Source: Blastocystis sp. Blastoise (taxonomy: Eukaryota; Protista; Bigyra: Opalinata). Taken from it: a stretch of DNA of 64,000 nucleotides. Location: positions 1,678,579-1,742,578 of the forward strand of contig JBBPEB010000009.1 in the NCBI GenBank assembly GCA_039096225.1, read 5' to 3'. The notes below the pieces were generated by a model. The model saw nothing but the letters and a program-made list of their open reading frames with translations. It ran no database searches and was not told the DNA's origin. Made by a program: the position numbers and the translations under genes. Below are positions 21,975-36,847 of this stretch, piece by piece (position 1 is the stretch's first letter; the number at the start of each line of letters is the position of its first letter).

Positions 21975-24298
21975 TCATATTTTAGTTATCTTTTTTATTA
22001 TTTACATTGATATATATACATTATATATATGAAATAGAAATGAATATATCAAATCCGATATTAAAGTATTTATATTCACCAACATTTACATTTTTTATAT
22101 ATAAATGTTTTCCTATTCTTCTAGTTTAAAGTAATTCTTAGAGTCTATTTCTTTTTGTTTTTTAGATGTAACAATTCTTATAGTTTTTGCCCAGAAATAT
22201 ATCTTTATATATCTAATATACCGATTATGAAACAATTAAAAAGCTATCCAATTGATGAAAACATGTTGCCAAAAACACAATTAAAAACTCCCCCTTTTTT
22301 AAAGGCATTACAATATGGTTTTTTTGATTCTATCCAAATACTTACAATTCTTGATGGTATAATATACCAGTTATGTGATTATTTATATATATAGTTATTA
22401 GATTTAATTCTTTTAAAGAGTATATACAGCTATTTGTTAGAATTATCAATACTCATATATTTCCAAATGTTACTACCCTTAAACTTACATATTGTGATGG
22501 TAATTATAATAATGATGAAATATTTCGGGCAATACTTCCTTTTATTACGAGATATCATTTTCCTCGCTTATCTATATATGACTTATCTGATTATATAAAA
22601 CGATTCTGTGAACGTAAGATACATGTCACTATATATTATATGTTTCCTGATTCTTTAATGGAAATAATAGATACAATTATTTTATGTAAGAACGATTCGA
22701 GACTATATGTTGATTTTTATGAATTTAATTCTAAATGTTTTGCTGAAGTAAAAAAGAAACATAATCTTATTATTAATCTAGATTTTTTTGTACATCAGTA
22801 TAATAATGTATGGAAACAATTAATTGATTCAGAAGTAATCAGTATTAGTACACTTTGTATTGATTGTATATTAATTGATATTTCTAAATAAGTTTTATAT
22901 TATATATATAGTTGATGCTAATTATAGAGATGATTATTATTCACTTCTTGACTTAAATAATATTTCAATTAAAAAGATTTTTGTTAGTATGTGTTATTTA
23001 GAAATAGATATATATTAATATAGATTTGAATTACTATTTAAATCGGATCCTTAAAAAAATACCAAATATTCTAAAACGAATAAATTCTAAATCAATTCAA
23101 GAAGTTGAAATTAATATTATAGATTCGGATGATATGAATGACCCAATTTCTTTTTTAAATGATGGACTATCTCTATTATGTTGTAGGAATTACTATACAG
23201 TCACGAAACTGAAAATTAGTATTATATATTTTTTTACATTTTATTTATTATTATATAGATTGCATTTATTTTAATAGTCATGCTGATATTATTCAAGATA
23301 TTAAAATGATAGAAATGAGAAGAGTCTTAACAGAATTCTTTTCATTATTCTCAGATAATATACAATCTTTATATTTATCTTCATTTATAATAAACTATTT
23401 ATTTTTATCAAATGAATATGAAAATCTGTGTTTATGGAATAATCTCCAAGAACTATCAATTGATGTTGGTAGCAGTAATAATGTTTTTAGAGGACGTGAG
23501 CGTGAAGAGTTCCCTGATGAAGTAGTACAAAGGATAGAATGCTTTATAAAAAGTCGGAAACTCATTCATTTGAAATTATTGAATCTTCATGATTATTGGA
23601 CTTTTTCATATATGGTAAACCGTTCTAACTCGCTTTATTCATTTTTTAAAATCATTATAAATATTACACCTGTTTCACTTCCATGTTTGGAACATATCTA
23701 TTTTATTATTCCTTATGATAAGAAGATCGATGTATTTCACATGCTTCCATCTCTTTCTTTTTCATTTAGCAAGCCAATTAGAATGGTTATAATGCATTAT
23801 AATTTTTTCAGAAATGAAAACGGGTTTTCTAAATATTCAGAATATATTTATACTCAATTACAACAGAAATATTCAAGAAATATTACTTATTTAAAATTAT
23901 GTGTCACAAATAGTACATATATGACAAAATATGTGAATTTAATAACAAAAGGGTGTTTTCCTTATTTGATAGAATTGGAAATTGCCGCTTATTCATATGA
24001 AACCTTTTCTAATAATTTAAATCATTCAACAGATTCAACAGATTCTACAGATTCTACAGATTCTACAGATTCTACAGATTCTACAGATTCTACAGATTCA
24101 ACAGATTCTACGGATTCAACAGATTCAACAGATTCAACAGATTCTACAGATTCTAATAACCTATATAGTACAGAAAATTTAAATCCATTAGACGTTATAG
24201 AAAAATTTGATTTTCATGATTATGAATTATTGCTGGAAAAGTATAAACAAGCTTATAACCCTAATTTAAATATTAAAATATACTCAAGAAATATATAA
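20664..24298 (+). CDS. Family A paralog 1 (divergent): KCTD-like BTB domain + LRR-like repeats (multi-exon)
   Basis: FIFQDES...LLEEFPESLFS...DAYYIDSPP is BTB/T1-like. It shares THIFPNVTTL, IPYDYIYPSNLHEIFPKL and LITKGCFPYL with the paralogs at 26605 and 36848. The first five exons splice in frame. Confidence 0.75.
24026..24154 (+). repeat. 9-bp coding minisatellite, (Ser-Thr-Asp)x14
   Basis: TCAACAGAT/TCTACAGAT units within ORF 23306..24298. Confidence 0.95.
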
Positions 24299-24678
24299 AA
24301 TAGAGTTGTTCATTAAAAATTGTTGCTTCTTATTTGTATGATCATGATTGTATGTATATAGATTATGTTGCTTTATACTGTAGTAATGCTAAGTCTTATG
24401 TTTTATTTTATTTTATTGGAGCACTCTAGTTTTGTATCAAATTTTTAATTAATAAATATTTAAAAATTGATTAAATATATAATTGCTTTTATATATTTGA
24501 ATTGTACATATAATAAAAGTCTTATTCATTTTTTTTTACATACTCTAAATAGATAAATGAAAATATATTAATAATTAGTGTAAATAAAAAAAAATGTCAT
24601 TTTATTCTTATTAATAAAAAAAGTTTTAATCTGTAATACAGAAAAAACAACATTGTAAATAATAATAAAAGAATAAGA

Positions 24679-26321
24679 TCAATAAGAAAACATATGATAT
24701 TTTAATGAAAAAACGAGTAGAGAATTGCTATGAAACTTAATAGAAATAATATTTTTTGTCCTTCCCCTTACTTTATAATCTTCTAATGTAAAATTATTAA
24801 AAGAATTTGCATTATTAGCATTTACAAATAATGATGATTTTTGAGAAGTATTCATATCAGAATAATAAAATTCACGACAATAAGAATTAGTATTACTATG
24901 ACATTGATCATATATATAGATATCATAACCTAATCCAAATGTTGAACCATTAGAAGAACCACAACCTATACCATAGCTACTATTAGTATTATCATATTTA
25001 GTAGGAGGAATATTATGCTCATTACTTAAAGTAAATAAAAATTCTTTAGAATAAGATTTAGAACTTATATAAATCACATTGAATAATTATATAAATAAAT
25101 ACACCTTTTGAACCAAATTTCTAACTTTGATTTGTGTATCCTCCAAATATATTCATATGATTATTATGACCTATATGTTTGATTAAAGTCACTGTTTCTC
25201 CTTTATTATCACAATATCTATGAAATTTGCTTGCTAAGTAATTATGTTCACTTGCTCTATATATATAAGAATAAGAAAACATAATATAAATATCTAAATA
25301 ATAATTTCCATTTCTTTTTTTCATCAAGCCAATTCACTAATGGAGTTTCAAAACATTTCTTCTTAATTATCGTTGAATCCACAAATACAGTTGGTATTTC
25401 ATTCAAATATGTTTTAACAGCTTCTCTTCCTTGATCACCAAATACACTATACATTTCATTCTCTAATAAGATAATATCTATATTTTTGATTTCTTCTTTT
25501 TTTACATAAAAATAGCCACTTTCTATATATTCAGTAATACACTTCATATACTTATAGCTCATATTCATAGACCTAATATCATTTATATAATCATAATCAA
25601 CATATCCATTGTTATATCTCATTACATAATCATCCCATAAATTATTCTTCATAAAATAATTCTTAATCGTATCATCTTTCTTTCCATTAATATTTAGAGA
25701 AACTTCATCACATTTCTTATATATCTTTTGTTTTTCATCTCTTTTTCCTCTGCATTCTAATAACTCTATAGGAATTGGTAAATTACAAAATTCAAATAAT
25801 TCAAGCAACTTGGCTTGTTCTCGAAACATAATCTGACTATAATCTACAACTTTACCATTCAAGTAATCTATTAAATAATAAACGGATGCATCGTTTCCTC
25901 GATAATCAAGGAAAACATCTCCATCACTTGTTCTCAATTCTTCTTCAGATTGCTCATAAATATATGAATAAGGGATCGAATTGATAATTCTTTTCGATAA
26001 TGAAAATAAAGGACCATTTCCAGAAAAAAAAATAAGCTCAGTATCATCTGTATCACTCGAATTCATTATTTCAGTAGTTTTTCCTTTAGTATTATCTAGA
26101 AAATGTTTCAATTTTGAGAATTTATCACTATTTCTTTGAATACAATCCTCATCAAGATTATACTAAGAGCACCTTAAAGTTTTTGGCCAGAATAGAGTGT
26201 CAAAGAAAGGATAAAAGTGAATCCTTCAACGATCTTTTTTCATTAATTCATCTAAACCACTAACAGCTTCTTTAACTTGATTCAAAGAATCTAAATCAAA
26301 TAAAGCACCTTCTTTTATCAT
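24679..26321 (-). pseudogene. Family B paralog 1: BTB-like x2 + TLDc, pseudogene
   Basis: ATG at 26321 (MIKEGALFD, compare MVKEKVLFD). Homopolymer frameshifts and stops lie at about 26160-26245. Conserved TGG has become TAG at 25121-25123 (GGYTNQS* versus GGYTDQSW). The intron-2 acceptor reads TATAA instead of TATAG, and the terminal EVWG has become KVRG. Confidence 0.85.
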
Positions 26322-26604
26322 TTAAATAGAGTAAAAATAACAAAAAATGAATTTGAATTTTTTTTTCAATTTAAAACTTGCAAAGAAATAATCCAAGGAA
26401 TAAAGCAACATGTCAGCTATTTTTCATAATTTTCATAATCTATCAAAAAATATTGAATATATATTATTCTGTTTTCTAGATAGCCTTAAGTGATTTTAAT
26501 TAATTTGAGTAAGTTTTTAGCAATTAATTAACATATATTTTATATATACCTGTTTTTTATTATGATTCTTGAACTCATTATGTCATTATAGTTCAATTAC
26601 TATC

Positions 26605-29600
26605 ATGTCAAACGCTGAATTACAGTTATCTGAAGATAAGTGTATGCAAATATAAACTAGAAATATTTATTTTCTTTTAGATTTATTTACTTTTCAAGAT
26701 GAGACAAAATTATGGATTCCTAAAGAATTTATTGAGAAATATCGTCAATTTCCCTTTTATGATATTATTCAACACACTGATAAATATGATGATGGTAGTT
26801 ATTATATAGATATGCTTCCTTTTCATATAGAAAAAGTGATTGTTTTTTTAATGGACAAAAACGTGGATATTTCTTCTCTAAATTTGAAAGATGGTTATGA
26901 TATATATCAAACACTTGTTGACTACTCAGTTACTATTGATAAAGGAGTTCAAAGTGATCTATTAATGCATATTAAAGAATTATTCTATAATTATTTGAAA
27001 GACAATAATTATAATATAAATGGATATAATTGTGAAGACATCGAATCACAATTACCTATAGAATTATTCAGTTTAGAAGAGAAAGGAATACTTATTAATG
27101 GTATTTTATATATTTATTTTATATATATATATAGGATTATTTACACCTCAACGAAAAGATGAGTTATTCTATTATTCATTACTTATTAAAATGATAAATA
27201 TTACTAAAGTTAAAATAGAATGTAAATATATATATTATATTATATATTAATAGAAATATAGATCAATATGCCTCAAATATTCCAGTAGAATATATATGTC
27301 CATCATGTATTAAAGATCTGTTTACATCATTAAAAGAATTAAAGATAACTGGTATATATATAGTTTAAATACATTATTTATCTAGTAAATACGCATTTTA
27401 AGAAAACTAATCAATTATTGAATCCAAATAGCGATGAATACACTAAGGAATATATTCGTTTATTTGGTAAATTAGATTATGAAATAAATCATTCTGAAAA
27501 GTATGAGTGTTACACAAAGTCAGAGATGAATGAATATAATGATAATTCTACTTTAAATCTTAATAATTCATATTATTCCCATGATTTTATTGATTCCTAT
27601 AATGGAAAAAGAAGAAAGATTGAACTGCCAAAATTATTTAAATATGTAGTTAACGAAGCTACATATAATGATGATTATTCAAATATAAACATTAATGAAA
27701 CAAGTGATGAATATATATTAAAAGATCAAATGAGTATTAAATATGATGGTATATATATTTTTTAAATCTTATTTTTTATTATTATTATATATAGATGAAA
27801 CAAATGATAAAACAGTCGTGTAATTTATTATATTATTTTATACTATTATTTTATACTATATATATATGTAATAGTATTGATTTAGTATCTTCTGAACATG
27901 GTATATCTCAATTATTACGTCTTCCTTCCTATTTATGTATTTCAGAAATCATTTTAAATACAGGTAAATAAATATATATAATATATATAATAATTTATTT
28001 TAGATTCTATTTCCCAATATAATTCTTTGGTTTTTATGAAATTATTTGAAGAAAGTCTTTTCGATTGTTTAACTATATTAAATTTTAACGCAAGTATTTT
28101 CTTTTATTGTTATTATTTGCTTTATTATTCAAAATAGTTGAAGTTCTGGCTGATAAAATTGAAAATAATCTTTTTATTAAAATAATGGCAACACATGTAT
28201 TTCCAAATGTTACTGAACTTATATATAGTTATTATGAAAGTATATATATAAATATATATATATATATATTGCTTTAGAATCATTCAAATTATCTTCAATA
28301 AAGAAAGAATGCTTCCCTAAATTACATATTATCAATTACGACATTAAAATAGGTATATTTATATATAATATATAAACTATGATTCTTCATTTAGCTACTT
28401 TTAATTTTGAGTCTCTATTCCCTACTAATTTAATGTCTATAATTGATACTATTCGTATAAATATTATTGATATTGATCAAAAAGAGGAAATAGCTCTTCT
28501 TTTAGATACTTTAGTTTATACTAATTCAATTCATATTGATATAATTGATATATATACATGTATTATGTATACATTTAATATCATAATACTATTAATATAA
28601 TCAATTATATTTATTTACTATTTATATAGATGATTTAGTTTATTATTTTTCACACTTAAATGAATTATTAGAGAAAAATCTTATTACCTTTCATAATCTT
28701 TCTAGTATGAAATATTTCTTTATTATATAAAAATTTCTTTTTTATATATTATATATTATATATATACTATTTTATATAGTTGATTCTTCTCGTTATGAAA
28801 ATATCAACATATTAGACTATATTGAAGATAATAAGCAAAATATTGATAGTTTAAATATAGAATTTGATGGTATTCATTAATATATGTAATAAATATTTTT
28901 TTAATATATAATTATAATATTAATATTGAGTCATTTATAGATAATAATCAAGATGAATTAGATATAAAAAATTCATTAGAAAGATTCTTAAAGAGTAATG
29001 TATTAAAACATTTGAATAGTTTATATATTTCATGTATATTCTATATAAGTGTTATTTCTATTATTATTATTATTATATATAGTTAATGATACTATAAGTA
29101 TAGAATATTTAACATGGATATCAACTCTTTTTAATAATAATGAGTTTAATACTATTCATAAATTAACGATTGATTGTATATTCTATTATAATATATATAT
29201 ATGAATATATATAGTATCTATCAATGAAGATTCATTATCTGAATATTTAACTGCATATGAAAATATTATGGAAAAATTAATTCCAAAGGCTTCTATGGTT
29301 ACAATACAAGGTAATTATTTATATAATTAATAATAATTATTTTGGTAATATAACTATTCTTATTAGATAATACAATGAATTTTATAAATCGATTAATTCC
29401 TAAAGGTTATTTCCATAAAACTACTCAATTAACTCTATGTATATATATATAGATTTAATATATAAATAATGTTTTTATTACAATAAATTATATATTTCAC
29501 CATCTATTTTTTATAAATATTAATTTAGATATTGATGATATACCAGATGATAATTTTTGTAAAATATATACTAAAGATAATTTCCCAAAATTAAAGTCTA

Positions 29601-30519
29601 TCCAGTTTTGTATTTATATTAATAATATAATAATATTTTATATTATATAAATCATGTATATTTATATTTTATCATTATTTAATAATTATTTTTTGTTTAT
29701 TCATATTTGTATATATATAGTGAATGATAATGAAGATGATAATGATGAAGATAATGAAGATGAAGATGATGATGATGATGAAGATGATAATGATGATGAT
29801 AATAATAATAATAATAATAATCATAATCATAATCATAATCATAATCATAATCATAATAATAATAATAATAATAATCAAGAAGGGCTGATTTCTTTTATTA
29901 CAACATTTTGTTCCTATATAAATAATAATAACTTTCCATCCTCAACTACTGTCCAATTATGTGGTATGTCATAAATAAAACTATCCTATTCATAGTCATT
30001 TTTATTATATTTCTATAGATTTTCATCCTATTAATAATTATCTTTATAATCCTAAAAATTCTATATTTCGATATAAATATGATAGTAATTCATTTATGGA
30101 CAGAATTATTGGTACTCAAGGTATATATATAAATACATATACAACATATTATATATATATAGATAAAACGATAAGTAAATATGAGATAGAACAGTTGTTT
30201 GATTGTATAAACGAAAACAAAAATCAAAGTCTAAGAAGGTTAAAATTATGTATTTTTATTCTTATTTCATATACTATTTTTTTATAGTTATTTATGATGA
30301 GGAACAATTATCAAAACTTATCAGTTTTATTACTACTGGAAAATTTCCCAAATTGGAATATTTTATTTTTTCGATGGGTATATATATATAGTTATTTTTT
30401 ATATTATATTATATTGTATAGACAAACATATTTCAACTGAACAAATCAATATATGCAAACAACAACTAAAGAATTCTTCATTTATTCTAGAAAATCATGT
30501 GGATTATAAAATTGACTAA
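26605..30519 (+). CDS. Family A paralog 2: KCTD-like BTB + LRR-like repeats (about 20 short exons)
   Basis: ATG at 26605. LFTFQDETKLWIPKEFIEKYRQFPFYDIIQHTDKYDDGSYYIDM, plus recurring FPxL..L.h motifs. Colinear exon by exon with the gene at 36848. TAA at 30517-30519. Confidence 0.8.
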
Positions 30520-32089
30520 GAATATTTAATTCTTTATATAAATGATTATTTCTAGCTTATATGATTATTTTTTTTTTATAAATTTCTTGTCTTAATCATT
30601 TTTGGTTTATTAATGTTTCTATAAAATATATATATTATTTTATTAATATTATTTCTTGTTTTATTTTTAAATATTAGTGATTTCATAAAATATTAATTTA
30701 GTATTATATGTAAATGATTATTTTATATAATACTATTTTGGGATTATTATATATTTAATTCTTTAGTATTCATAAAGGATCAACTTCATAAATATTTCTG
30801 CAGAATTCTAATTATCACGATGATATCCTCAACTATGGCTAAAAACAGTTGTTAACGTTGTTTTTAAAAATACATTAAAATTAATGACTTTCTTGATAAA
30901 CAAATTAATTAATATAATAAGAAAACCAATAAGTTTTTACAGTTTATTTTACTTACTATTTTTTACATAACATTTTTCTATTTAAGAACAGTTACTGAGA
31001 AAGTGTTATAAAATAATTAAAACAGATAATTTACTCAAACATATTTTTCATCTTCAATGTGCATAATAGTTTATAATAAAGTATTAGTATATATATTAAA
31101 TAAAAATAATAATGAATCGAGTCATAATTGTATTATTATATGTATTGTTAAGAAATATATTTTAATCTAAATATAATAAGAATAATCGAATATTGGTGTT
31201 TCAATTCTTATTAAGATTATTATATATTAAATATTATTTAAATATAGAATATTATTTGAGAATTATACACAAATTATAGGTAAAATAAAACAATATATAT
31301 TTATTCATGTATCTTTCTATTAATAGACAAGCGACATATATATAATACACATTTTATTATTAATAATTCTTTATTGAATAAAATATCAAAAATACTTATT
31401 CTTCATCATATATATATAGATAATTTAGTATCTATAAGAATATGATGATATGGATGTCTTAATAAATTATTTTATAAATATTAAGAGAATAAGATAGTGT
31501 AAATTTAAAATGGCAGAATAATTAGAAGGAAATAGAAAATAAAGAAGAGATTTTTGTATCTAAAGACTACAGAAGAGATTATATTTGAGTAATGGAAATA
31601 TATTGTGTAAATAAAATATAAAAATAAATAAAAATGTATTAGATTCAGCAGAAATCAGCAATGATTAAAAAGAAAATATAGCTATTCATCTCTAGATAAG
31701 CAATAATTAGTATATATAAATATATAAATGTATGATAAATAAAAATAGAAATATATCTGTTTAAAAGAAGAGACTTATAAAACAAATTGAAAATTAATCA
31801 AGAGATATATACGAATTAAGCATGTGATTATGTCTCTAGCATCATCCAGATTTTATAATATTATTCAGTCTTTTATTTAAAACAATCAATTAGGTAAAGA
31901 TCCACAAGTATCTTTTTAATTTAAAGAATTCTTAGCAGATTCTAGTAGATCCTATTGAGTATTAATCATTTAATATAATATTATTAATTATAAATGAATA
32001 ATAAGAGAATAACAAAGAAATAAAAGAAATAAAAAAAAAAATAAACAAGGGGAAACAAGTATATTTATTTAATTAGCATTATTTCATTA

Positions 32090-33677
32090 ATGGTGAAAGA
32101 AAAAGTGTTATTTGATATTGATAAATTTAATAGATTGAAGGAAGATATCAATGTATATGAAGAATTGATGAAAGATGTAGTTAATGTATTTGGATCAGTA
32201 ATGAATCTTGGAATACATTCTGGAATATCGATTAATAGACTTATAAAACATATTGGAGATGATTGTATTCAAAAAGAAGAAGAAAGAAATGAATTTGAAA
32301 AGAATTGTGTTTATGAAAGTAATAATCATGAGAATATGAATGTCAATATGGATGATAATGATGATAATGATATGGATTTGATACGATTTACAAATAATGG
32401 TCCAATATTTCAAATATCGAAATCTGTTTTAGATTCGTTGAAAGGTTCTTTTATTGATGATCAACGCGATGAAGAATATAGAACAAGCGATGGGTCTATA
32501 TATCTTGATTATCCTGGAGATGATGCTTTTATTTATTATTTAATAGATTATTTGAATGGAAAAAAAGTAAATTTTGATTCTTTTTCTTATGAAGAACAAT
32601 TAGAAATATTAGATTTATTTGAATTTTGTGGATTATTGATTCCTTTAGAATTAATAGATTGTAGAGAAAGAAGAGATACTAAGAAAAAGAAATATGAAAA
32701 AGAAGATGAAATAGACTTGATTATAAATGGAAATAAAAATGATATTATTAAAGAATATATAGTAAAGAATGGATTATGGAATGCTTATGTTATGAATTGT
32801 GATAATGGATTTATTCATTATAATCATATTGATAATTGTTTATATATGAATAAGAAATATGAATATATTGAATATATTAGTGAATATGTGAATAATGGAA
32901 TTATAGATATAGAAGAAGACAAGATTATTGATATTAATAAAGAATTATTCGAGAAAGAAATGATTGAATTATTTGGTGAAAAAGGAAAAGAAGAAGCGAA
33001 TTTATATTTAACCATGAGTCCGAAATTTTCTGATTCTTTGATTCTTCGTGATAAAGAGATGGATTATCAATTACAAAAATGGCTTGGTAAAGAAAAGAAA
33101 TGGAAATTATTATTTAGGTATATTATTAATTTATTATATTATATAATTATATATATAGAGCAAGTGAACATGAATATAAAACGAGTGAATTTCATAAATG
33201 TTGTGACAATAAAGGAGAAACAGTAACTATAATCAAACATATAGGTAATAATAATTTTATAAATATATTTGGAGGATATACAGATCAAAGTTGGAATAGT
33301 TCAAATGGTACATTTATTATTTATTTATTTTATTTATATTATTATTCAATACTTCTTCTATAGGTTGGAAATCTTATTCTAAAGAATTTCTATTCACTTT
33401 AAGTAATGAACATGGTATTCTTCCTACTAAATATGATTATACAAACAGTAATAAAAGTTATGCTATTTATTGTCATTCTTCTTATGGTCCTGATTTTATT
33501 GGAAATGATATTTATATTCGTGATCAATGTCATAGTAATAATAATTCTTATTGTGGTAGTAATTATTCGAGTACATGCAATACTCCTCAAAAATCATCAT
33601 TATTTGTAAATACTAATAGTGTTAATTCTGATAATCATTTTACAGTAGAAGATTATGAAGTGTGGGGAAGAATATAA
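32090..33677 (+). CDS. Family B paralog 2: tandem BTB-like domains + C-terminal TLDc domain (2 introns)
   Basis: KWKLLFRASEHEYKTSEFHKCCDNKGETVTIIK...IFGGYTDQSW...EFLFTL...YGPDF...FTVEDYEVWG is a canonical TLDc domain. Introns at about 33118-33158 and 33308-33363. TAA at 33675-33677. Confidence 0.9.
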
Positions 33678-34272
33678 ATTATTTTTTTTTAATTATTTTA
33701 TATATAATATATACATCTTTTATTGTCTATATCATGAAGAATATTCTGATTTAATTATATATGTTTGCTGTTTTCTATCAATTAAATATAAAAATTATAT
33801 TGTTTTGTAATTTAATTCTATATATATTAGCGATAAATTAGTTAAAAAATATATTATAATTTGTTCTTAGCAATGAATTCTAATAATAAATTATTGAAAA
33901 TAACCAGATATAACCAAACTATTATATTCATTATTTAAGTAAAAATATTCGTTATATCTATAAATTTCATCGAGTATAATATCTGTGAATGATTTTAGTA
34001 TTTAATAATTCATTTAAAATTATATAATACATATGATAAATAATAATTTTTATTATAGAAATATTTATTTGAATAAATTAGTTATAAAACCTATGTAAAA
34101 AAATATTTTTATTATTTTATATGAAAAATAAATATATTCATAGCATAGTAGACAAAATATATTTTTTATAAAAACTGTTTTTATAAAAACATAAAAATGG
34201 AATCTATTTTATTCAATGAAATATATAACTATTTAAGTATTTCTGATATATGTAGAATAAAATAAAATAATA

Positions 34273-36316
34273 AAGTACCTGTACCAGAGTGACCTCCTGT
34301 ACCAAAGTGACCCGTTTTTGTTTTGTTTCCATATTTACGGGAAAAAATATTTTTTCACTGTATTTAATAAAGATAAACATGTAAATAACATTTTTTCAAT
34401 AAAAATAGTCTTTTTTCTGTTTAAAAAAGGTTTTTAAGAACAGAAATAGTATAATTTTTAAAATTTTCACAAGGAAAAAACGGAAAATATATTCTAGAAC
34501 TTTCTAGAATATTCTTTTTGTATTCAGTTAAAACGAATACTAACTGGCTTTATCTAATTGTTTTCATATTTTATTCATAATTATTTTATTATTGTTTTTT
34601 TTTAAATAAATTAATTATACGATGAATATAGAAAATATATCCGAAAATGATAATACTATTAGTATTCCCCTTCCTGATCTTGATATTCTTGATTCTAATT
34701 TAACCCTAAATCAAGTTCTGAATCATCCTGAAGTTGAGAAAGAAAGAAGTCCTAGAAAGAAGTCCTGTGCTATAAGAAAAGTGTTTAATGGAAAGAATGG
34801 TATGAAGAAATTATCCTTATCTAGTATTAGTGCTATCACTAAAGTGTCTCCGTCTACAATAAAACGTTCTGAAAAGAAACTGAATGAAGATGTATCACTT
34901 AATAATCGTGGTAATCAACATGTTCTTAATGAAAATGAAGAAGTAGAAATAATAGAATGGATTAAGTCACAAATTAATGTGAATAGCTGTCCTTCGAAGA
35001 ATGAAATAGCTGAAGAAATACGTAAGAGATCAATTGAAAGGTGTCGAAACGGTATTGGATGTATGATTACTGTATCAGAAGGGTATGTAAGGAAGCTGCT
35101 TAAGAAGAATAATATTCTATTGAAAAGACCGCTAACAAATTATGAAGAAAAAGCTAGACCAACAAAGAAAGATGCGAAGATACTGTATAGGAATATTCAT
35201 TATGTAATAAACAAAAGAAAAATCAAAACTTCTCTTATATTCAACATGGATGAGTCATGGGTTACTCCTGGTGATAAAAGATCAAGAGTTACTGTTGCAG
35301 TTGATAATGATCACTTACCAATAACAAAACAAGGTACTAGTGTTACTCATACAACACTAATTGGTTGTATTTGTGCTGATGGTACTGCAGTTCCTTCCTC
35401 TTATGTTGTTGATCGAGATACTTATAATATTAAAGAAATAGATAAGCAAAATCTGTCCTATATAAAAGTATGGTCTGCTAAGTCTGGATGGATAAATACA
35501 CATGTGTTATACTCATGGATTCAAGATATTTTTCTTCCATATGTTAATAAAAAGAGAAAAGATATGAATCTTGATAGTACTAATGATTATTGTCTACTTA
35601 TTCTTGATGCTCATACAACACGTAATGATACTGATTTTCTTCGTCTATGTGAAAATAACCGTATTGATGTTATTGTACTTCCTAAAAATACTACTAGTGT
35701 CTTTCAACCGCTTGATCTAGTTATATACAATGTTTATAAATCAAAATTTAGAAGATATTATAAAACAACTAATCGATATTCGTTATTAGCAGCATCTGAA
35801 GATGCTTTTAGTGAAGCTTTTACAAGAAGAAACATTTTAAGTGCATGGCAAGCTTCGAGACTTCTTATTGATGATGAGAATGAGTTTATCAAGGATTTTG
35901 ATGATCGTCCCCGTAGTAAAGTAACTAGAAAATCATCTAAAGTGTCAAATAAAATCTTAACTAATATCAATAGAGAAATGATGGAGGATGAATTTAGTGA
36001 TAAACTTGATAATACTGTTTCAGAAGATGAAATAATAGTTAATGAATAAAGATATTCCTTTCTATATATATATTTTTTATTTTTTTTTATATAATATATC
36101 ATATATATACTTATTTTTTTATAATTGTTATTAATTTATGTCAAAAAAAATTTCTTGTTTTGTTTTAAACAGAAAAAAGACTATTTTTATTGAAAAAATG
36201 TTATTTACATGTTTATCTTTATTAAATACAGTGAAAAAATATTTTTTCCCGTAAATATGGAAACAAAACAAAAACGGGTCACTTTGGTACAGGAGGTCAC
36301 TCTGGTACAGGTACTT
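34273..36316 (+). mobile_element. Intact pogo-like (Tc1/mariner/pogo) DNA transposon, 2044 bp, 154-bp perfect TIRs, TA target-site duplication
   Basis: TIRs at 34273-34426 and 36163-36316 are exact reverse complements (AAGTACCTGTACCAGAGTGACC...). TA flanks both ends (34271-2 and 36317-8). One internal transposase ORF. Confidence 0.96.
34622..36049 (+). CDS. pogo-family transposase (CENP-B-type HTH + DDE_1, DD35D), intronless
   Basis: IFNMDESW (D1), TLIGCICADG, SGWINT, LLILDAHTTR (D2) and LPKNTTSVFQPLD (D3). I counted 35 residues between D2 and D3. Confidence 0.95.
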   Translation: MNIENISENDNTISIPLPDLDILDSNLTLNQVLNHPEVEKERSPRKKSCAIRKVFNGKNGMKKLSLSSISAITKVSPSTIKRSEKKLNEDVSLNNRGNQHVLNENEEVEIIEWIKSQINVNSCPSKNEIAEEIRKRSIERCRNGIGCMITVSEGYVRKLLKKNNILLKRPLTNYEEKARPTKKDAKILYRNIHYVINKRKIKTSLIFNMDESWVTPGDKRSRVTVAVDNDHLPITKQGTSVTHTTLIGCICADGTAVPSSYVVDRDTYNIKEIDKQNLSYIKVWSAKSGWINTHVLYSWIQDIFLPYVNKKRKDMNLDSTNDYCLLILDAHTTRNDTDFLRLCENNRIDVIVLPKNTTSVFQPLDLVIYNVYKSKFRRYYKTTNRYSLLAASEDAFSEAFTRRNILSAWQASRLLIDDENEFIKDFDDRPRSKVTRKSSKVSNKILTNINREMMEDEFSDKLDNTVSEDEIIVNE

Positions 36317-36847
36317 TAATATTAAAGAATACATATAATAAAATTAAGAAAAAAGTGTGTTTAAAAAGCTTATTTCTTGAAAGAAATGTAGTGATTTAAC
36401 AGTATAAGTAATTATATATATACTAATGATAACCAAGAAAAGTATATATTCCATTTTAATAATTTGATGAAAGTAATCAGTGATATTTTAGGCATTCTTG
36501 ATCAAAAATACATTTGAAACTTTAATATGAACACATTGTGTATTATTATATGAAAATATAGTTAAAAATAACCTTGAAAAATAAACTATTTTTTTAAATG
36601 AAAATTAAAAACAAATATAATGAAAAAATTAGAATATTTTTGTAATTAGAGCCAATATTTATTTATCTTCAAGAAAATGTTTCTAAAAAGATTTCCAGGT
36701 TTTATTTTTTTCTTTTTTACATTGATTCATTATTTTTATAATAAAACACAGCTATTTTTTAAGTATTTATTTCTCAAATTATATAAAATTATATTTCTTA
36801 AGTATAATAATCTATGATTATGTTATCATTATAGTTGAATTCGAGTG

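Noticed and set aside
24679-26321. Stop-codon reassignment or programmed frameshifting (TAG at a conserved Trp)
   Set aside because: The same copy also has frameshifts, a broken splice acceptor and motif decay, and TAA, TAG and TGA all end intact genes in this window. Ordinary pseudogenisation explains it.
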